Shown here one piece after another: positions 36,890-47,700 of a stretch of 64,000 bases of DNA. This DNA comes from Candidatus Caccoplasma intestinavium. GTDB taxonomy: Bacteria > Bacteroidota > Bacteroidia > Bacteroidales > UBA11471. Numbering within the stretch: position 1 is the stretch's first letter; each line of letters starts with the position of its first letter. The stretch covers positions 15,223 through 79,222 of the forward strand of contig DVKT01000063.1 of assembly GCA_018715885.1 (NCBI GenBank). The letters run 5' to 3'. Below the pieces are notes generated by a model that saw nothing but the letters and a program-made list of their open reading frames with translations, made no database searches and was not told the DNA's origin. Position numbers and translations under genes: made by a program.

Positions 36890-38203
36890 ATGAGAAAAAT
36901 GACCTTATTGGCTTTCGCCCTCTTTGTGGGTGTGTTCGCTTCGGCCGCTCCGGCCAAGAAACGCACTGCCAAAGATGCCGCCCTTGCCATGGCCGACCGT
37001 ATAGTGGCAAGTACCACATATCAGTTTAAAAATACGGAGACAGGTGAAACTTATCCGACAGTAAAGAAGCTTAAATATACCGAGCCTATCAAAGTAGGTT
37101 GTAAGTATAACGATTGGCATTATACCAATGGAGTTTTGCATATTGCCATGCTCGAACTTGCCGATAAGCTCGGCGACAAGAAGTATGAAGAGTATGTACG
37201 CAAGAACATGAATTTTGTGTTCAATGAAGGAAATCTCGAATTTTTTAAAAAGAAATTCGATAAAGCCCTTAAAGAAAGCGGTTGGATGGCCGTCCGTAAA
37301 ATAAGTTGGCATATGATTTTCCGGGGTAAGAGGCTCGACGATAACGGGCCTATGGGCGCCTCGTTGATCGATTTGCAAATGCATTTGCCGGCTCCCGACA
37401 AAGCTTTTCAGGCATATATCGATGAAACAGCCGATCACCTCAATTATGCCGAGCCTCGTCTTATCGACGGTACGATTGCGCGCATTTGGCCGCATGAGAA
37501 TACCGTTTGGGCCGATGACTTGTTCATGGCGGTTTCGTTCCTTTGCCGTATGGGCGAAATGACGGGCGATATGAAATATTTCGACGATGCGGCCAATCAG
37601 GTGTTGCAATACAATAAGTATCTGTGGTGTCCCGAGAAGCAAATCTATTATCATTGCTATCATACCGATACCGATGAACATGGCGTAGCCCATTGGTCGC
37701 GTGCCAACGGATGGGTGTTGATGGCTCAGGCCGATTTGCTTTCCCGCTTGCCCGAAGACTATCCCCAGCGTGAAGCTCTTTTGGAGAATTTCCGTCAGCA
37801 GGTAAGCGGCGTTTGCCGTTATCAGGGCGAAAATGGTTTGTGGCATCAGTTGCTCGATAAGACCGATTCATACGATGAGGTTACCGGTACGGCCATGTTT
37901 ACTTTCGCCATTGCTCGAGGTGTGAAAGAAGGCTGGATACATAAAGATTTCATCTATGTGGCCGAGCAGGGTCTCAAAGGTATTCTCAGTAAAATTTCGG
38001 AGAAAGGCGATCTCGAAGCTATCTGTGCCGGAACGGGTATCATGCCTTCTCTTACCTATTATTACAATCGTCCCCAGTTGAAGAACGATCCGATGGGTGA
38101 GGGTCCGGTATTGCGTGCATTAGTAGAGATGATGGACGCTCCTAAATATACCGAAATAAAAGCCGAACAACAATACGACCGTATTGTCGTAAACAAAAAT
38201 TAA
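36890..38203 (+). CDS. GH105 unsaturated rhamnogalacturonyl hydrolase (second copy), secreted
   Basis: YteR/YesR-like motifs: DWHYTNGVLHIAMLEL, VWADDLFM, HWSRANGWVLMAQADLLSRLPEDYP, GLWHQLLD. Signal peptide present. Only 26 nt downstream of rhaD. Confidence 0.75.
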   Translation: MRKMTLLAFALFVGVFASAAPAKKRTAKDAALAMADRIVASTTYQFKNTETGETYPTVKKLKYTEPIKVGCKYNDWHYTNGVLHIAMLELADKLGDKKYEEYVRKNMNFVFNEGNLEFFKKKFDKALKESGWMAVRKISWHMIFRGKRLDDNGPMGASLIDLQMHLPAPDKAFQAYIDETADHLNYAEPRLIDGTIARIWPHENTVWADDLFMAVSFLCRMGEMTGDMKYFDDAANQVLQYNKYLWCPEKQIYYHCYHTDTDEHGVAHWSRANGWVLMAQADLLSRLPEDYPQREALLENFRQQVSGVCRYQGENGLWHQLLDKTDSYDEVTGTAMFTFAIARGVKEGWIHKDFIYVAEQGLKGILSKISEKGDLEAICAGTGIMPSLTYYYNRPQLKNDPMGEGPVLRALVEMMDAPKYTEIKAEQQYDRIVVNKN

Positions 38204-38275
38204 AAACAGAATCCGTTTGTTCCTCCTCTTGGGATGGAATAGGCGGATTCGATATTTTAAAAATCCAATAAATTT

Positions 38276-39715
38276 ATGCGTATGAAAAAAAACTTGTTCC
38301 TTCTGTGCGCTTTCTTGGTTCCGGCCTTGATTTCGGCGCAGATTTCTTCTAAGGATGCATGGAAACAGGCTTCTAAACTTGAAAAGTCGATTGAAAAAAC
38401 TTCTTTCCCGAAAAGAACGTACAACATTACCGATTTCGGTGCGAAACCCGATATGCCGGAGGCTCCTTGCCATGATGCCATCAATTTGGCTATCGTTACA
38501 TGTAATCAGGCCGGTGGGGGTACGGTCATTGTGCCCAAAGGGACTTTCTATACCGGTCCCATCACGTTGAAAAGCAATGTCAATTTCCACCTCGAAGAAG
38601 GTGCCGTGTTGAAGTTCGATACCAATCCCGAACTGTATATGCCGGCTGTCCTTACCCGCTGGGAAGGAGTAGATTGCTATAATATGCGCCCTTTGATATA
38701 TGCTTATGGTGAGACCAATTTGGCGATCACCGGTAAAGGTGTTATTGATGGACAAGGTTCTATGGAGACATGGTGGCCTATGTGTGGTGCGAAAAAGTAC
38801 GGTTGGAAAGAAGGTATGATAGGACAAAACTGCGGTGGTCGTGCCAAGTTGTTGGCTTGGGGCGAATCTGGTGAGCCTATTTACAAACGTCTGATGACCG
38901 TGCAAGACGGTATGCGTCCTCAGCTCGTGAACCTGTATCGTTGCGATAGAGTGCTGGTAGAAGGGGTAACGATGCAGAATTCTCCTTTCTGGACACTCCA
39001 CCCGCTTTTCTGTACAAATCTTATTGTGCGCGGTGTTCATTTTATCAATCGTGGTCCGAATGGAGACGGTTGTGATCCCGAATCGTGCGACGGCGTAATT
39101 ATCGAAAATTGTGTTTTCGATACGGGCGACGACTGTATCGCCATCAAGAGCGGTCGTAATCGCGATGGCCGTACATGGGGTGTTCCCAGCCAAAATATCA
39201 TTGTTCGCAATTGCAAAATGTATGATGGACACGGCGGTGTAGTTATCGGTAGTGAAATTTCCGGCGGATACAAAAATCTCTATGTGGAAAACTGTGAAAT
39301 GGACAGCCCCAATCTCGATCGTGTAATTCGTATAAAGACCAGTAATTGCCGGGGCGGTGTTATAGAAAATGTGTTTGTACGCAACATAAAAGTGGGAGTA
39401 TGTCGTGAAGCCGTTCTCCGTATCAATTTGCAATACGAAAACCGCGAAATATGCGACCGCAACTTCCCCCCGACGGTACGAAACGTCCTCTGCGAAAATA
39501 TTACCTGCGAGGGTAGTAATCTTGGCGTTTATTATGTAGGTCTCGAAGGGTCTGATAATGTATATAACATTCAGGTCGACAACTGCGAGTTCAACAACGT
39601 GAAGAAGGGATCTACCAATCCCGAAGATGGAATCTTCATAAAAGGAGGAGTCAAAGATGTCCGTTTCAATAATTTGAAAATCAACGGTCAGATTGTGAAA
39701 TCTCCTGCTCTCTGA
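38276..39715 (+). CDS. GH28 (exo-)polygalacturonase / rhamnogalacturonan galacturonohydrolase
   Basis: All GH28 signatures: NSPFWTLHP, GPNGDGCDPESC, FDTGDDCIAIKSG, GHGGVVIGSE, RIKT. Signal peptide present. Confidence 0.9.
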   Translation: MRMKKNLFLLCAFLVPALISAQISSKDAWKQASKLEKSIEKTSFPKRTYNITDFGAKPDMPEAPCHDAINLAIVTCNQAGGGTVIVPKGTFYTGPITLKSNVNFHLEEGAVLKFDTNPELYMPAVLTRWEGVDCYNMRPLIYAYGETNLAITGKGVIDGQGSMETWWPMCGAKKYGWKEGMIGQNCGGRAKLLAWGESGEPIYKRLMTVQDGMRPQLVNLYRCDRVLVEGVTMQNSPFWTLHPLFCTNLIVRGVHFINRGPNGDGCDPESCDGVIIENCVFDTGDDCIAIKSGRNRDGRTWGVPSQNIIVRNCKMYDGHGGVVIGSEISGGYKNLYVENCEMDSPNLDRVIRIKTSNCRGGVIENVFVRNIKVGVCREAVLRINLQYENREICDRNFPPTVRNVLCENITCEGSNLGVYYVGLEGSDNVYNIQVDNCEFNNVKKGSTNPEDGIFIKGGVKDVRFNNLKINGQIVKSPAL

Positions 39716-39734
39716 ACAGTTAATTCACTCGGTT

Positions 39735-39772
39735 AAAAAATCCACCTCGAATTATTTCGAGGTGGATTTTTT
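39735..39772 (+). terminator. Intrinsic terminator ending the rha-GH105-GH28 unit
   Basis: AAAAAATCCACCTCGAA-TTAT-TTCGAGGTGGATTTTTT: perfect arms plus a T-run. Confidence 0.85.
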
Positions 39773-40067
39773 GTTTTTACTGTTTTTTATATGTAATATT
39801 ATTCCTTCTTTGTTTCAAAGAGGTTTAGCCGAAAGTCGTAGAGAGTCGAATTTAACCGAAAAGTCCTCGCTACAACAAAGTAGATCTATGTTCTGCCGGC
39901 TAAGACCAATTTTTGTAGGAAAAAGGGCAAAATATAGAGCTTTGAAAACTCTTTTCACCTCTATTTTTGCCCCGTGAAAATTCTTATGTGCTGATTTATA
40001 ATACTTAAAAGACAAAATAATGAGTAATAGGGTCATTTTACGCAGTATGCTCGCATGAAATAGGCTC

Positions 40068-40075
40068 TATCTTTG
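40068..40075 (+). promoter_or_regulatory. Candidate -7 box (TATCTTTG) for the 21.7-kb SusC/D operon
   Basis: Exact TAnnTTTG match 23 nt upstream of ATG 40098, and only 14 nt upstream of ATG 40089, which favours 40098 as the start. Confidence 0.4.
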
Positions 40076-40097
40076 TAAAGATAAACAGATGTATACC

Positions 40098-42245
40098 ATG
40101 AAAAGAATGCTATTTTTGTGCTTAGTTCTTTCTGTGTGCCTTTTTTTCTCCTCTTGTGAGAGCGGCAAAAACGAGCCGATCGACAGAGAACAGGTCGTAC
40201 AGAGAAATCACCCGAAGAATACCGAATTCAATGAATTAGCCTCCCTTTCGGTAGGTAATGGCGAATTTGCTTACACCGTCGATGTAACCGGGTTACAGAC
40301 TTATCCCGAATCATATAGTGCCGGCGTGCCTCTGGGAACGCAGTCCCAATGGGGGTGGCATTCGTTTGCCAATCCCGAAAATTATCGCTTTGAGGAGACC
40401 CTGAAATCGTATGATTTCGGTCGCGGACATGAAGAACTTTATGCCGTGCAGTTTAATGAAGCCGGTCGCCCCCGGGAAGCCGCCAACTGGTATCGGGTGA
40501 ATCCGCATCGTCTTCATTTGGGCGCTGTCGGTTTGGAGTTGACGCATAAAAACGGATCTCCCGTAAAAATCGATGAGTTGTCGGGTATCGATCAGGAACT
40601 CGATTTGTGGGACGGCCAGATAGTCAGCCGTTTCGGTGTCGACGGCCAGCCGGTTTCCGTTGTTACTGCTTGCGATAGTCTCCATGATGAAATCGGTGCA
40701 CAGGTTGTTTCTCCGTTGCTTGCGACGGGACAAGTTGGGATAAAATTGCGTTTCCCGTATCCTACTGGAAAACATGCCGACGATGCCTGCGACTGGACGA
40801 AGCCCGATAAACATAAAACGACCATCGTGGCCGAAGATGCACATTCGGCAACCTTTAAACGCCAGCTCGATGAGACGACCTATTACGTGCGTCTTTGCTG
40901 GGAAGGAGATGCCAAATTGACCGAAAAAGAAGCCCATTATTATGTGTTGACTCCGCAGTCGGGCGATACTTTGTCGTTTACATGTGCTTTCACCCCGGGA
41001 GAACCGGCTGGTGAAAATTCTTCGTTTGAGACTGTCCTTGCCAGTGCCACCCGTTATTGGAACAATTTCTGGTCGAGGGGTGGTGTTATCGATTTCTCGC
41101 ATTGCAAAGATCCCCGTGCCAAAGAGTTGGAACGTCGTGTCGTTCTTTCGCAATATCTCATGGCTATACAATGTGCCGGGTCGGTTCCTCCTCAGGAATC
41201 GGGTCTTACCTATAATACATGGTTTGGTAAGTTCCATCTCGAAATGCATTGGTGGCATGCCGTACATTTTGCATTATGGGGACGTCCCGAACTGTTAGAA
41301 AAAAGTCTTGCATGGTATAAAGATTCGGCCTATGTGAAGGCTTGTGCCATTGCCGAGCGTCAAGGATTCAAAGGAGCTCGTTGGATGAAGATGACCGATC
41401 CTTCGGCAGTCGAAGCTCCCTCTAAGGTAGGTTCGTTCCTTATTTGGCAACAGCCCCATTTCATTTATATGGCCGAGTTGTTGTATCGGGCGAATCCCAG
41501 TCAGGAAGTTCTCGACAAATATAAAGATCTTGTCGCTGCTACGGCCGAATTTATGTATTCTTTTGCTACTTATGACGAACTCGAAGGTCGCTTTGTTCTC
41601 AAAGGCGCTATCCCTGCACAAGAGACATTGCGTGCTGCCGATACGGTAAATCCTCCTTTTGAGCTTTCTTATTGGCATTACGCCATCAGCGTAGCGCAGA
41701 AATGGCGCGAACGTCTGGGGTTGGAACGTAATCTTCAATGGGACGAGATGCTCGATAAGCTTTCTCCGTTGGCTTACCAAGACGGCCTCTATTTGGCAGC
41801 CGAGACAGCTACCGATACATATAAGGATATACGCTTTACCTCCGACCACATGGCGGTGCTCGGTGCTTACGGTATTTTACCCAAGTGCCCGTTGGTGCGT
41901 GAAGACATCATGCAGAATACGCTCGACTGGGTATGGGATAACTGGAACTGGGGAAAAACCTGGGGCTGGGATTTCGCTATGACGGCAATGGACGCTGCCC
42001 GTCTGGGAGACACCGAAAAAGCCGTAGGGGCCTTGCTTATGGATAAACGCACCAATACTTATTTGCCCAATGGACATAATTACCAAGATGCCCGGTTGCG
42101 CGTTTATCTGCCCGGAAACGGAGGCCTTCTTACTTCGGTCGCTATGATGTGTGCCGGTTGGGACGGTAGCGAAGGTGAGAACCCCGGATTCCCCAAAGAC
42201 GGGAATTGGGATGTGCGTTGGGAAGGTTTGCAACCTATGCCCTAA
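40098..42245 (+). CDS. Lipoprotein of unassigned family, probably an all-alpha (six-hairpin-like) glycoside hydrolase/lyase
   Basis: Lipobox ...LFFSSC followed by ESGKNEP. The N-terminal SVGNGEFAYTVDVTGLQTY is reminiscent of the beta-sandwich entry motif of GH95/GH65-type enzymes. The C-terminal half is helix-rich and Trp-rich (HLEMHWWHAVHFALWGRPELL, LIWQQPHFIYMAELLYR). I recognise no family signature. Confidence 0.4.
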   Translation: MKRMLFLCLVLSVCLFFSSCESGKNEPIDREQVVQRNHPKNTEFNELASLSVGNGEFAYTVDVTGLQTYPESYSAGVPLGTQSQWGWHSFANPENYRFEETLKSYDFGRGHEELYAVQFNEAGRPREAANWYRVNPHRLHLGAVGLELTHKNGSPVKIDELSGIDQELDLWDGQIVSRFGVDGQPVSVVTACDSLHDEIGAQVVSPLLATGQVGIKLRFPYPTGKHADDACDWTKPDKHKTTIVAEDAHSATFKRQLDETTYYVRLCWEGDAKLTEKEAHYYVLTPQSGDTLSFTCAFTPGEPAGENSSFETVLASATRYWNNFWSRGGVIDFSHCKDPRAKELERRVVLSQYLMAIQCAGSVPPQESGLTYNTWFGKFHLEMHWWHAVHFALWGRPELLEKSLAWYKDSAYVKACAIAERQGFKGARWMKMTDPSAVEAPSKVGSFLIWQQPHFIYMAELLYRANPSQEVLDKYKDLVAATAEFMYSFATYDELEGRFVLKGAIPAQETLRAADTVNPPFELSYWHYAISVAQKWRERLGLERNLQWDEMLDKLSPLAYQDGLYLAAETATDTYKDIRFTSDHMAVLGAYGILPKCPLVREDIMQNTLDWVWDNWNWGKTWGWDFAMTAMDAARLGDTEKAVGALLMDKRTNTYLPNGHNYQDARLRVYLPGNGGLLTSVAMMCAGWDGSEGENPGFPKDGNWDVRWEGLQPMP

Positions 42246-42292
42246 CATTTTTTCTTGATTTGAGAGATAATTAAACTACATACGGAAAAAAC

Positions 42293-44743
42293 ATGCGAAG
42301 TATTATGAAAAAATGGACTAGTCTTTTAGCCTCTGCCTTTCTGTTATTCTTCCTTTCCTGTAATGAAATGGACAAGTATTACGACAATGATCGTCATGCA
42401 ACATCTGTTTCGGTGGGAAATGCGTGGGATTATTTGGAAAGTCGAGGCAATTTCACCAACTTCCTGGCTGCTGTTCAAAAAGTGGGTTATGAAGATTTGG
42501 TACGCGGGAAAGGTCTCGCAACGATTTTTGCTCCCGATGACGAAGCATTCCAAAAGTATTTTGCTCGTCATGGTTACAGCTCGGTCAATGACGTGCCTGA
42601 CGCAGAGTTGAGCAATATGGTTACCTATCATTTGCTTTATTACAGTTTCAATGCCGATCGTTTCATGGAGTATCGTCCCGAAGGAACAACGGCCGATGAC
42701 GATTATGTGGGACTTTATTTCAAGTATCGTACCCGTAGCCGTGATGCGAACGAGATGATCGAAGACCCATCGAAAGGTAAAGAAGTAGAAGTACTTCATC
42801 AAGAGAAGTACATACCCGTCTTTACTCCCAATCTTTACGGTTGGTACAACAATCACGGTTCGAGCGGATCTACCGGTGCGGTGAACTATAATTATTTCTA
42901 TGATTCCTATGGGTCGGACTTGTGGCAAGGCGATAATTGGGTTGCAGGCAACGAACCTTATTTCAGAGTATCTAATGCCGGAGTAAAAGAGTACAGTATT
43001 ATTACCGATAACGGTTATCTGTATGTTCTCGACGATGTTGTAGAGCCGCTCAAGACTATTTATCAGACCATTGCTGCCGATGACAACTTCTCGACTTTTG
43101 CACATGCATATGACCGCTTCAAAGATCTTACTTATAATGAGTATTTGTCGTTGAATTATAACAATCGCGACTCGGCATTCCTCTACCAGTCGACCGGTCT
43201 TCCTTCCATCGCCTATGAAAGGACTTCTCTTACTATTAGTTCAGGAGAGTCGACTTCCGATATGGAAGCTACGCTTTTGGGCCCGTTATCTTCTAATACC
43301 CTTACTGTATTTGCTCCGAGCAATCAGGCAATGGAGTCTTTCTATACGACTTATTGGGAGCCTTATTACGGAGTGAATAATTGGGATTCGATCAAGTTTA
43401 CCCCTCTGCTTGCTTTGATGGGCGAGCAAGTTGGCACGCACAGACTTTGGGCATCGGCAGGGCCGCTGCTTCCCAGTGAAATTTCCAAAGGAAATGCGGT
43501 AACGGCGGTAAGTTATACCCCTATAACCATTGATCCTGCATCTGATGTGGTTACGAAAGCGTTTTGTTCCAATGGTACTTTGTACGGTGTGAACAGTTTG
43601 ATTTCAGTGCCTAAGTATTTTTCTTATGTTACGGCACCGGCGTTCATGAATCCCAAGTACAATATGTTCCTCTTGTTGATGGCGCGTTCGGGTGTTCTCG
43701 ATCTTTACACGGCAGAGACGCAGACTTTCTATGCATTCTATCCTTCTGATGATATGCTGAAAAATACACAAGTGGGTGATGGTAATTCCGAAACATTGAT
43801 TTATGAAAATGCTCAACCCAATAAGTACGGATATGAAGACATTACCTATTCCGACGGAGAAGCAACCGTGTCGCTCGGAATGGCAGCTTCTGCCCGTATT
43901 GTCCGCAGTCAGGTATGCGATAATATGATCGAAGTGGCCGGTAGCGATGAGAAAATTTATCGTACGACATACAGTACGTTCAACTATCTCTATCAAAAAG
44001 GTGACAGCATTTTCTCTACGGCGAAATATAATTCGCATTACGGTTTTCAAGGAGCCCAAGACAATAACGACATGATAACCATTACCGAGATGACCTCCGA
44101 TTTGCCCGAGGTGCGCAACGGTCGTGTCTTCTCTCTTGACGGAGAAAAATCGGCAACGGCTCTTATGCCCGAAGAGAGATCTTTTGAAGAAATTTCTCCC
44201 AATCAGTCTCAAATTCCGTGGGAATTTTTGGAAACCACTGCCGGTACACGTAACTTTTACCAGACCGGTATTGCCGGCTCTCTCAACGATTCGACGGGTC
44301 GCCTTCAAGTATACGAAACGATAAAAGCCCATGACGGTGGCGGTACGACGGTACCTCGATATATCGTTTTTGCTCTTTCCAATCAGGCTGTTGTAGATGC
44401 TTGGGCCGACCGTATCATTACAAACGGACGTAATAACCTTTTCAGCCGTTATATGCCCAATCTTTTCGTTTCGGTAGAGCGCAGCCGTCTCATCGACTAT
44501 CCTTTCCCCGGCGACGGTATGGGAACCCGTACGTTGTACACGTTCAAGACCAAAACCAATACCGAGGGAGAGTATACTTCGATACAGCTCGATGATATGG
44601 GTACGCACTTGCAACTTACCGATAGCAAAGGCCGGAAAGTGAAAGTCGTCAATTCTTTCCCCTATATCTATGCCGATTGCGCCGTATATATAATCGATAG
44701 TTATCTCGATTTCGGCGACGATAATACTTCTACTGTGCAATAA
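42293..44743 (+). CDS. Fasciclin (FAS1) multi-domain surface lipoprotein, candidate glycan-binding protein
   Basis: Lipobox LFFLSC + NEMD. FAS1 patterns: FTNFLAAVQKVGYEDL...ATIFAPDDEAF, NGYLYVLDDVV, TVFAPSNQAM, NGTLYGVNSLI. It sits immediately upstream of SusC. Confidence 0.75.
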   Translation: MRSIMKKWTSLLASAFLLFFLSCNEMDKYYDNDRHATSVSVGNAWDYLESRGNFTNFLAAVQKVGYEDLVRGKGLATIFAPDDEAFQKYFARHGYSSVNDVPDAELSNMVTYHLLYYSFNADRFMEYRPEGTTADDDYVGLYFKYRTRSRDANEMIEDPSKGKEVEVLHQEKYIPVFTPNLYGWYNNHGSSGSTGAVNYNYFYDSYGSDLWQGDNWVAGNEPYFRVSNAGVKEYSIITDNGYLYVLDDVVEPLKTIYQTIAADDNFSTFAHAYDRFKDLTYNEYLSLNYNNRDSAFLYQSTGLPSIAYERTSLTISSGESTSDMEATLLGPLSSNTLTVFAPSNQAMESFYTTYWEPYYGVNNWDSIKFTPLLALMGEQVGTHRLWASAGPLLPSEISKGNAVTAVSYTPITIDPASDVVTKAFCSNGTLYGVNSLISVPKYFSYVTAPAFMNPKYNMFLLLMARSGVLDLYTAETQTFYAFYPSDDMLKNTQVGDGNSETLIYENAQPNKYGYEDITYSDGEATVSLGMAASARIVRSQVCDNMIEVAGSDEKIYRTTYSTFNYLYQKGDSIFSTAKYNSHYGFQGAQDNNDMITITEMTSDLPEVRNGRVFSLDGEKSATALMPEERSFEEISPNQSQIPWEFLETTAGTRNFYQTGIAGSLNDSTGRLQVYETIKAHDGGGTTVPRYIVFALSNQAVVDAWADRIITNGRNNLFSRYMPNLFVSVERSRLIDYPFPGDGMGTRTLYTFKTKTNTEGEYTSIQLDDMGTHLQLTDSKGRKVKVVNSFPYIYADCAVYIIDSYLDFGDDNTSTVQ

Positions 44744-44768
44744 AATAATAAACAAGTAAATACACGCT

Positions 44769-47700
44769 ATGAAAATAACACGGAAAATATACCTGTTGTT
44801 GGTCGCTTTTGTTGTCTCTCAGGCTATGGCGGCGCAAACGGTTTTGACCGGTAAGGTATTGGAGAAAGCCTCAGGCGAACCTCTTGCCGGAGCCAGCGTT
44901 TTTGTGCAGAACAAAGATGAACGTACTTTGGCCAGCGTGCTTGTCGATGCCAACGGCGAGTACCGTATCAAAATACCCGACGAGCAAAATCTCGTAATTA
45001 ATTTCTCGTTTATCGGTATGCAGAGCTATACCGTAAAATATACCGGACAAAAGGTCTTGAATGCATCCCTTTCCGAAGATAGCCACGAACTCGACGAAGT
45101 CAGCGTTTCGGCTAAACGGGTGGAGAGAAACCAAATGGGTCTTACCCCCCGTGAAGAACTCGGTGCCGTGCAACGTATGAGCATGGAGGGTCTCGAAACC
45201 GCTCCTGTTACCTCGGTGGCCGAGGCCTTGCAAGGAGCCCTTTCCAATGTCGACATCGTTACCGGAGCCGACCCCGGTTCCAACAGTACCATTCGTATTC
45301 GTGGTACGCAGTCTCTCAACGGTAACGTCGATCCTTTGATCGTTGTCAATGGCGTTCCGTTCCCGGTAAGTATCGATGACGATTTCGATTTTGCTTCGGC
45401 TTCGACCGATGATTATTCCCAGTTGCTCGATATATCCCCGGCCGACATCGAGTCGATCGAGGTATTGAAAGATGCTCAGGCTACGGCCATGTGGGGTACC
45501 AAGGGTGCCAATGGTGTATTGGTCATCAATACCAAAAAAGGTGCTAAGGGTAAAATCTCTTTCACTTTCAATACCAGTGCCGAGGTGAAAAAAGAGGCGA
45601 ATACCTACCCGCTCTTGAATGCGGCGCAATATGTCTCGTTGATGCAAGATGCCCTTTGGAACTCGATCAATGATTTAGGTTATTCGAGCAGTAATGCTCA
45701 AACATATTTGGATCTTTTGAATAGCGATGAGATCAACTTCAATCCCCAGTCGTTGCTCTTCAACGAATACAATGTCGATACCGACTGGCTCGATGAAGTA
45801 TCGCGTATCGGTTACACGGTCGATAATTCGTTCTCTATGTCGGGTGGTGGCGACAAGGCTACCTATCGTCTCTCTTTGGGTTATCTGAAAGAAAACGGTA
45901 CGACGATCGGTGCCGACGTGCAACGTTTCTCGACCCGTTTCAATATGAACTACCGTTTCTCCAAGAAATTGGATATCACTTCGGAGTTCTCGTTCACCTA
46001 CAATATCCGTAATTCCAACTGGTCGGAAAAAGTTAACGGTAAAGAACCCTCCAATCCGCGTGGTATGGCCATCAATAAGATGCCTCAGGAAAGTCCTTAC
46101 TTCATGACGGCCGACGGGTCGGCTCGTACCAATACCTATTTCTCTCCGTATGAAGATTTCGGTGAGACCTTTATCGATAATCGCAACTACAACCCGGTCG
46201 CTATGGTCAATGAGGCGGTAAACCGACTCGACTCGTATTCTACCCGTCTCAGTTTCCAGCTCCACTACCAGATATTGCCGGTGTTGAATTATTACGGTAC
46301 GGTAGCTCTTACCGCCGACAGCAAACGTACGAAAAAGTATCTTCCTAATGAGGTAAGCGGTGTACCCTGGATCAGTACGAGCGATCCCAATTTGGCCAAT
46401 GACTGGTACAACCGCAGTTCCGATGCGTCGAACGAGCAGCTTTATCTCTATACCGAGAACCGCTTGGTGTATAACCAGACTTTCAATGATATACATAACA
46501 TCGTGGCTTCGGGATTCTTGCAAATCGAGCAGACGACGGCGACCAACTACGGAGCGCAAACAGCCGGTAACGCATCTTATTACCTCTCCGATCCTTCGAC
46601 GGGCGGTTATATCGTAGACCTTAGCAGCGGTGAGTCTACTACGCGCAGTATGTTCTCCAACTTCTCTGCCCAATATAACCTTTTCGACCGCTATATGTTC
46701 AATGCAACCTTCCAGGTCGAAGGTTCTTCGGCGCTTCCCAGTCATACCCGTTGGGGAATGTTCCCGACATTCGGTATCGGTTGGCAGCTCGGCGACGAAC
46801 CTTTTATGATGAATCAGGAAGTTATCTCTCTGGCGAAACTGCGTGTGAGCTGGGGACAGACCGGTAACGCTCCTTCGGGCGTATCACCTTATGTGGGAAC
46901 GTTCAGTGCCAACTCATCGGGTTATCTCGATATGCCGTCGATTTATCCTTCTTCCATTCAGTTGGACAACATCGATTGGGAGGTTGTCGACAAATGGAAT
47001 GCCGGTATCGACCTCGGTATCCTCAATGACCGTATACTTTTCACCGTCGATCTTTATAAGAACGTAACCAATAATATGTTGCAGAAAAAAATGAAACTCC
47101 CGACTTCTACCGGTTTTAGCAATATCGCTTGGTTCAACTCCGGTAAAATGACCAACCGCGGTTGGGAGTTCCGTATCGACCTCAACGATATTGTAAAGAC
47201 CAAAGATTGGCGTTTTACTTTCTCGTTCAACATTTCTCAGAATGAAAACAAGGTAAACGAATTCCCCTCGAACCTCGATATGGAAAACTACGAGTTCGAC
47301 AATGGAAAGTACGCATACCTTATCATGTCGGGTAATCCGCTGGGATCTTTCTACGGTTATCGCTATAAAGGCGTGTATCAAAATACCGAAGATACCTATG
47401 CGCGCGATCTCAACGGTAACATAATCAACGACATCAACGGAAAACCTGTTGTCGTGCAGAATGGTACCGAAAAGGTTTACCCCGGTGATGCCAAGTATGA
47501 AGATATCAACGGCGACGGTGTGATCGATGCCAACGATATTGTGTATCTCGGTAATTACAGCCCGAAGATTATCGGTGGTTTCAACTTCCGTCTTTCTTAT
47601 AAGAACTGGCAGCTTTCGGCCAACTTCCAGGGTCGTGTCGGCCAGAAAGTATTCAACCAGACTCGTCTCAACTCCGAGATGATGAGAGGAAAAAGCAATC

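Noticed and set aside
39762-40036. Small ORFs 39762-39977 (+) and 39815-40036 (-) in the gap before the SusC/D operon, and 16104-16289 (+) before the SASA esterase.
   Set aside because: They overlap each other or the repeat and terminator sequences. They have low-complexity translations and no motifs or start context, so they are treated as non-coding.
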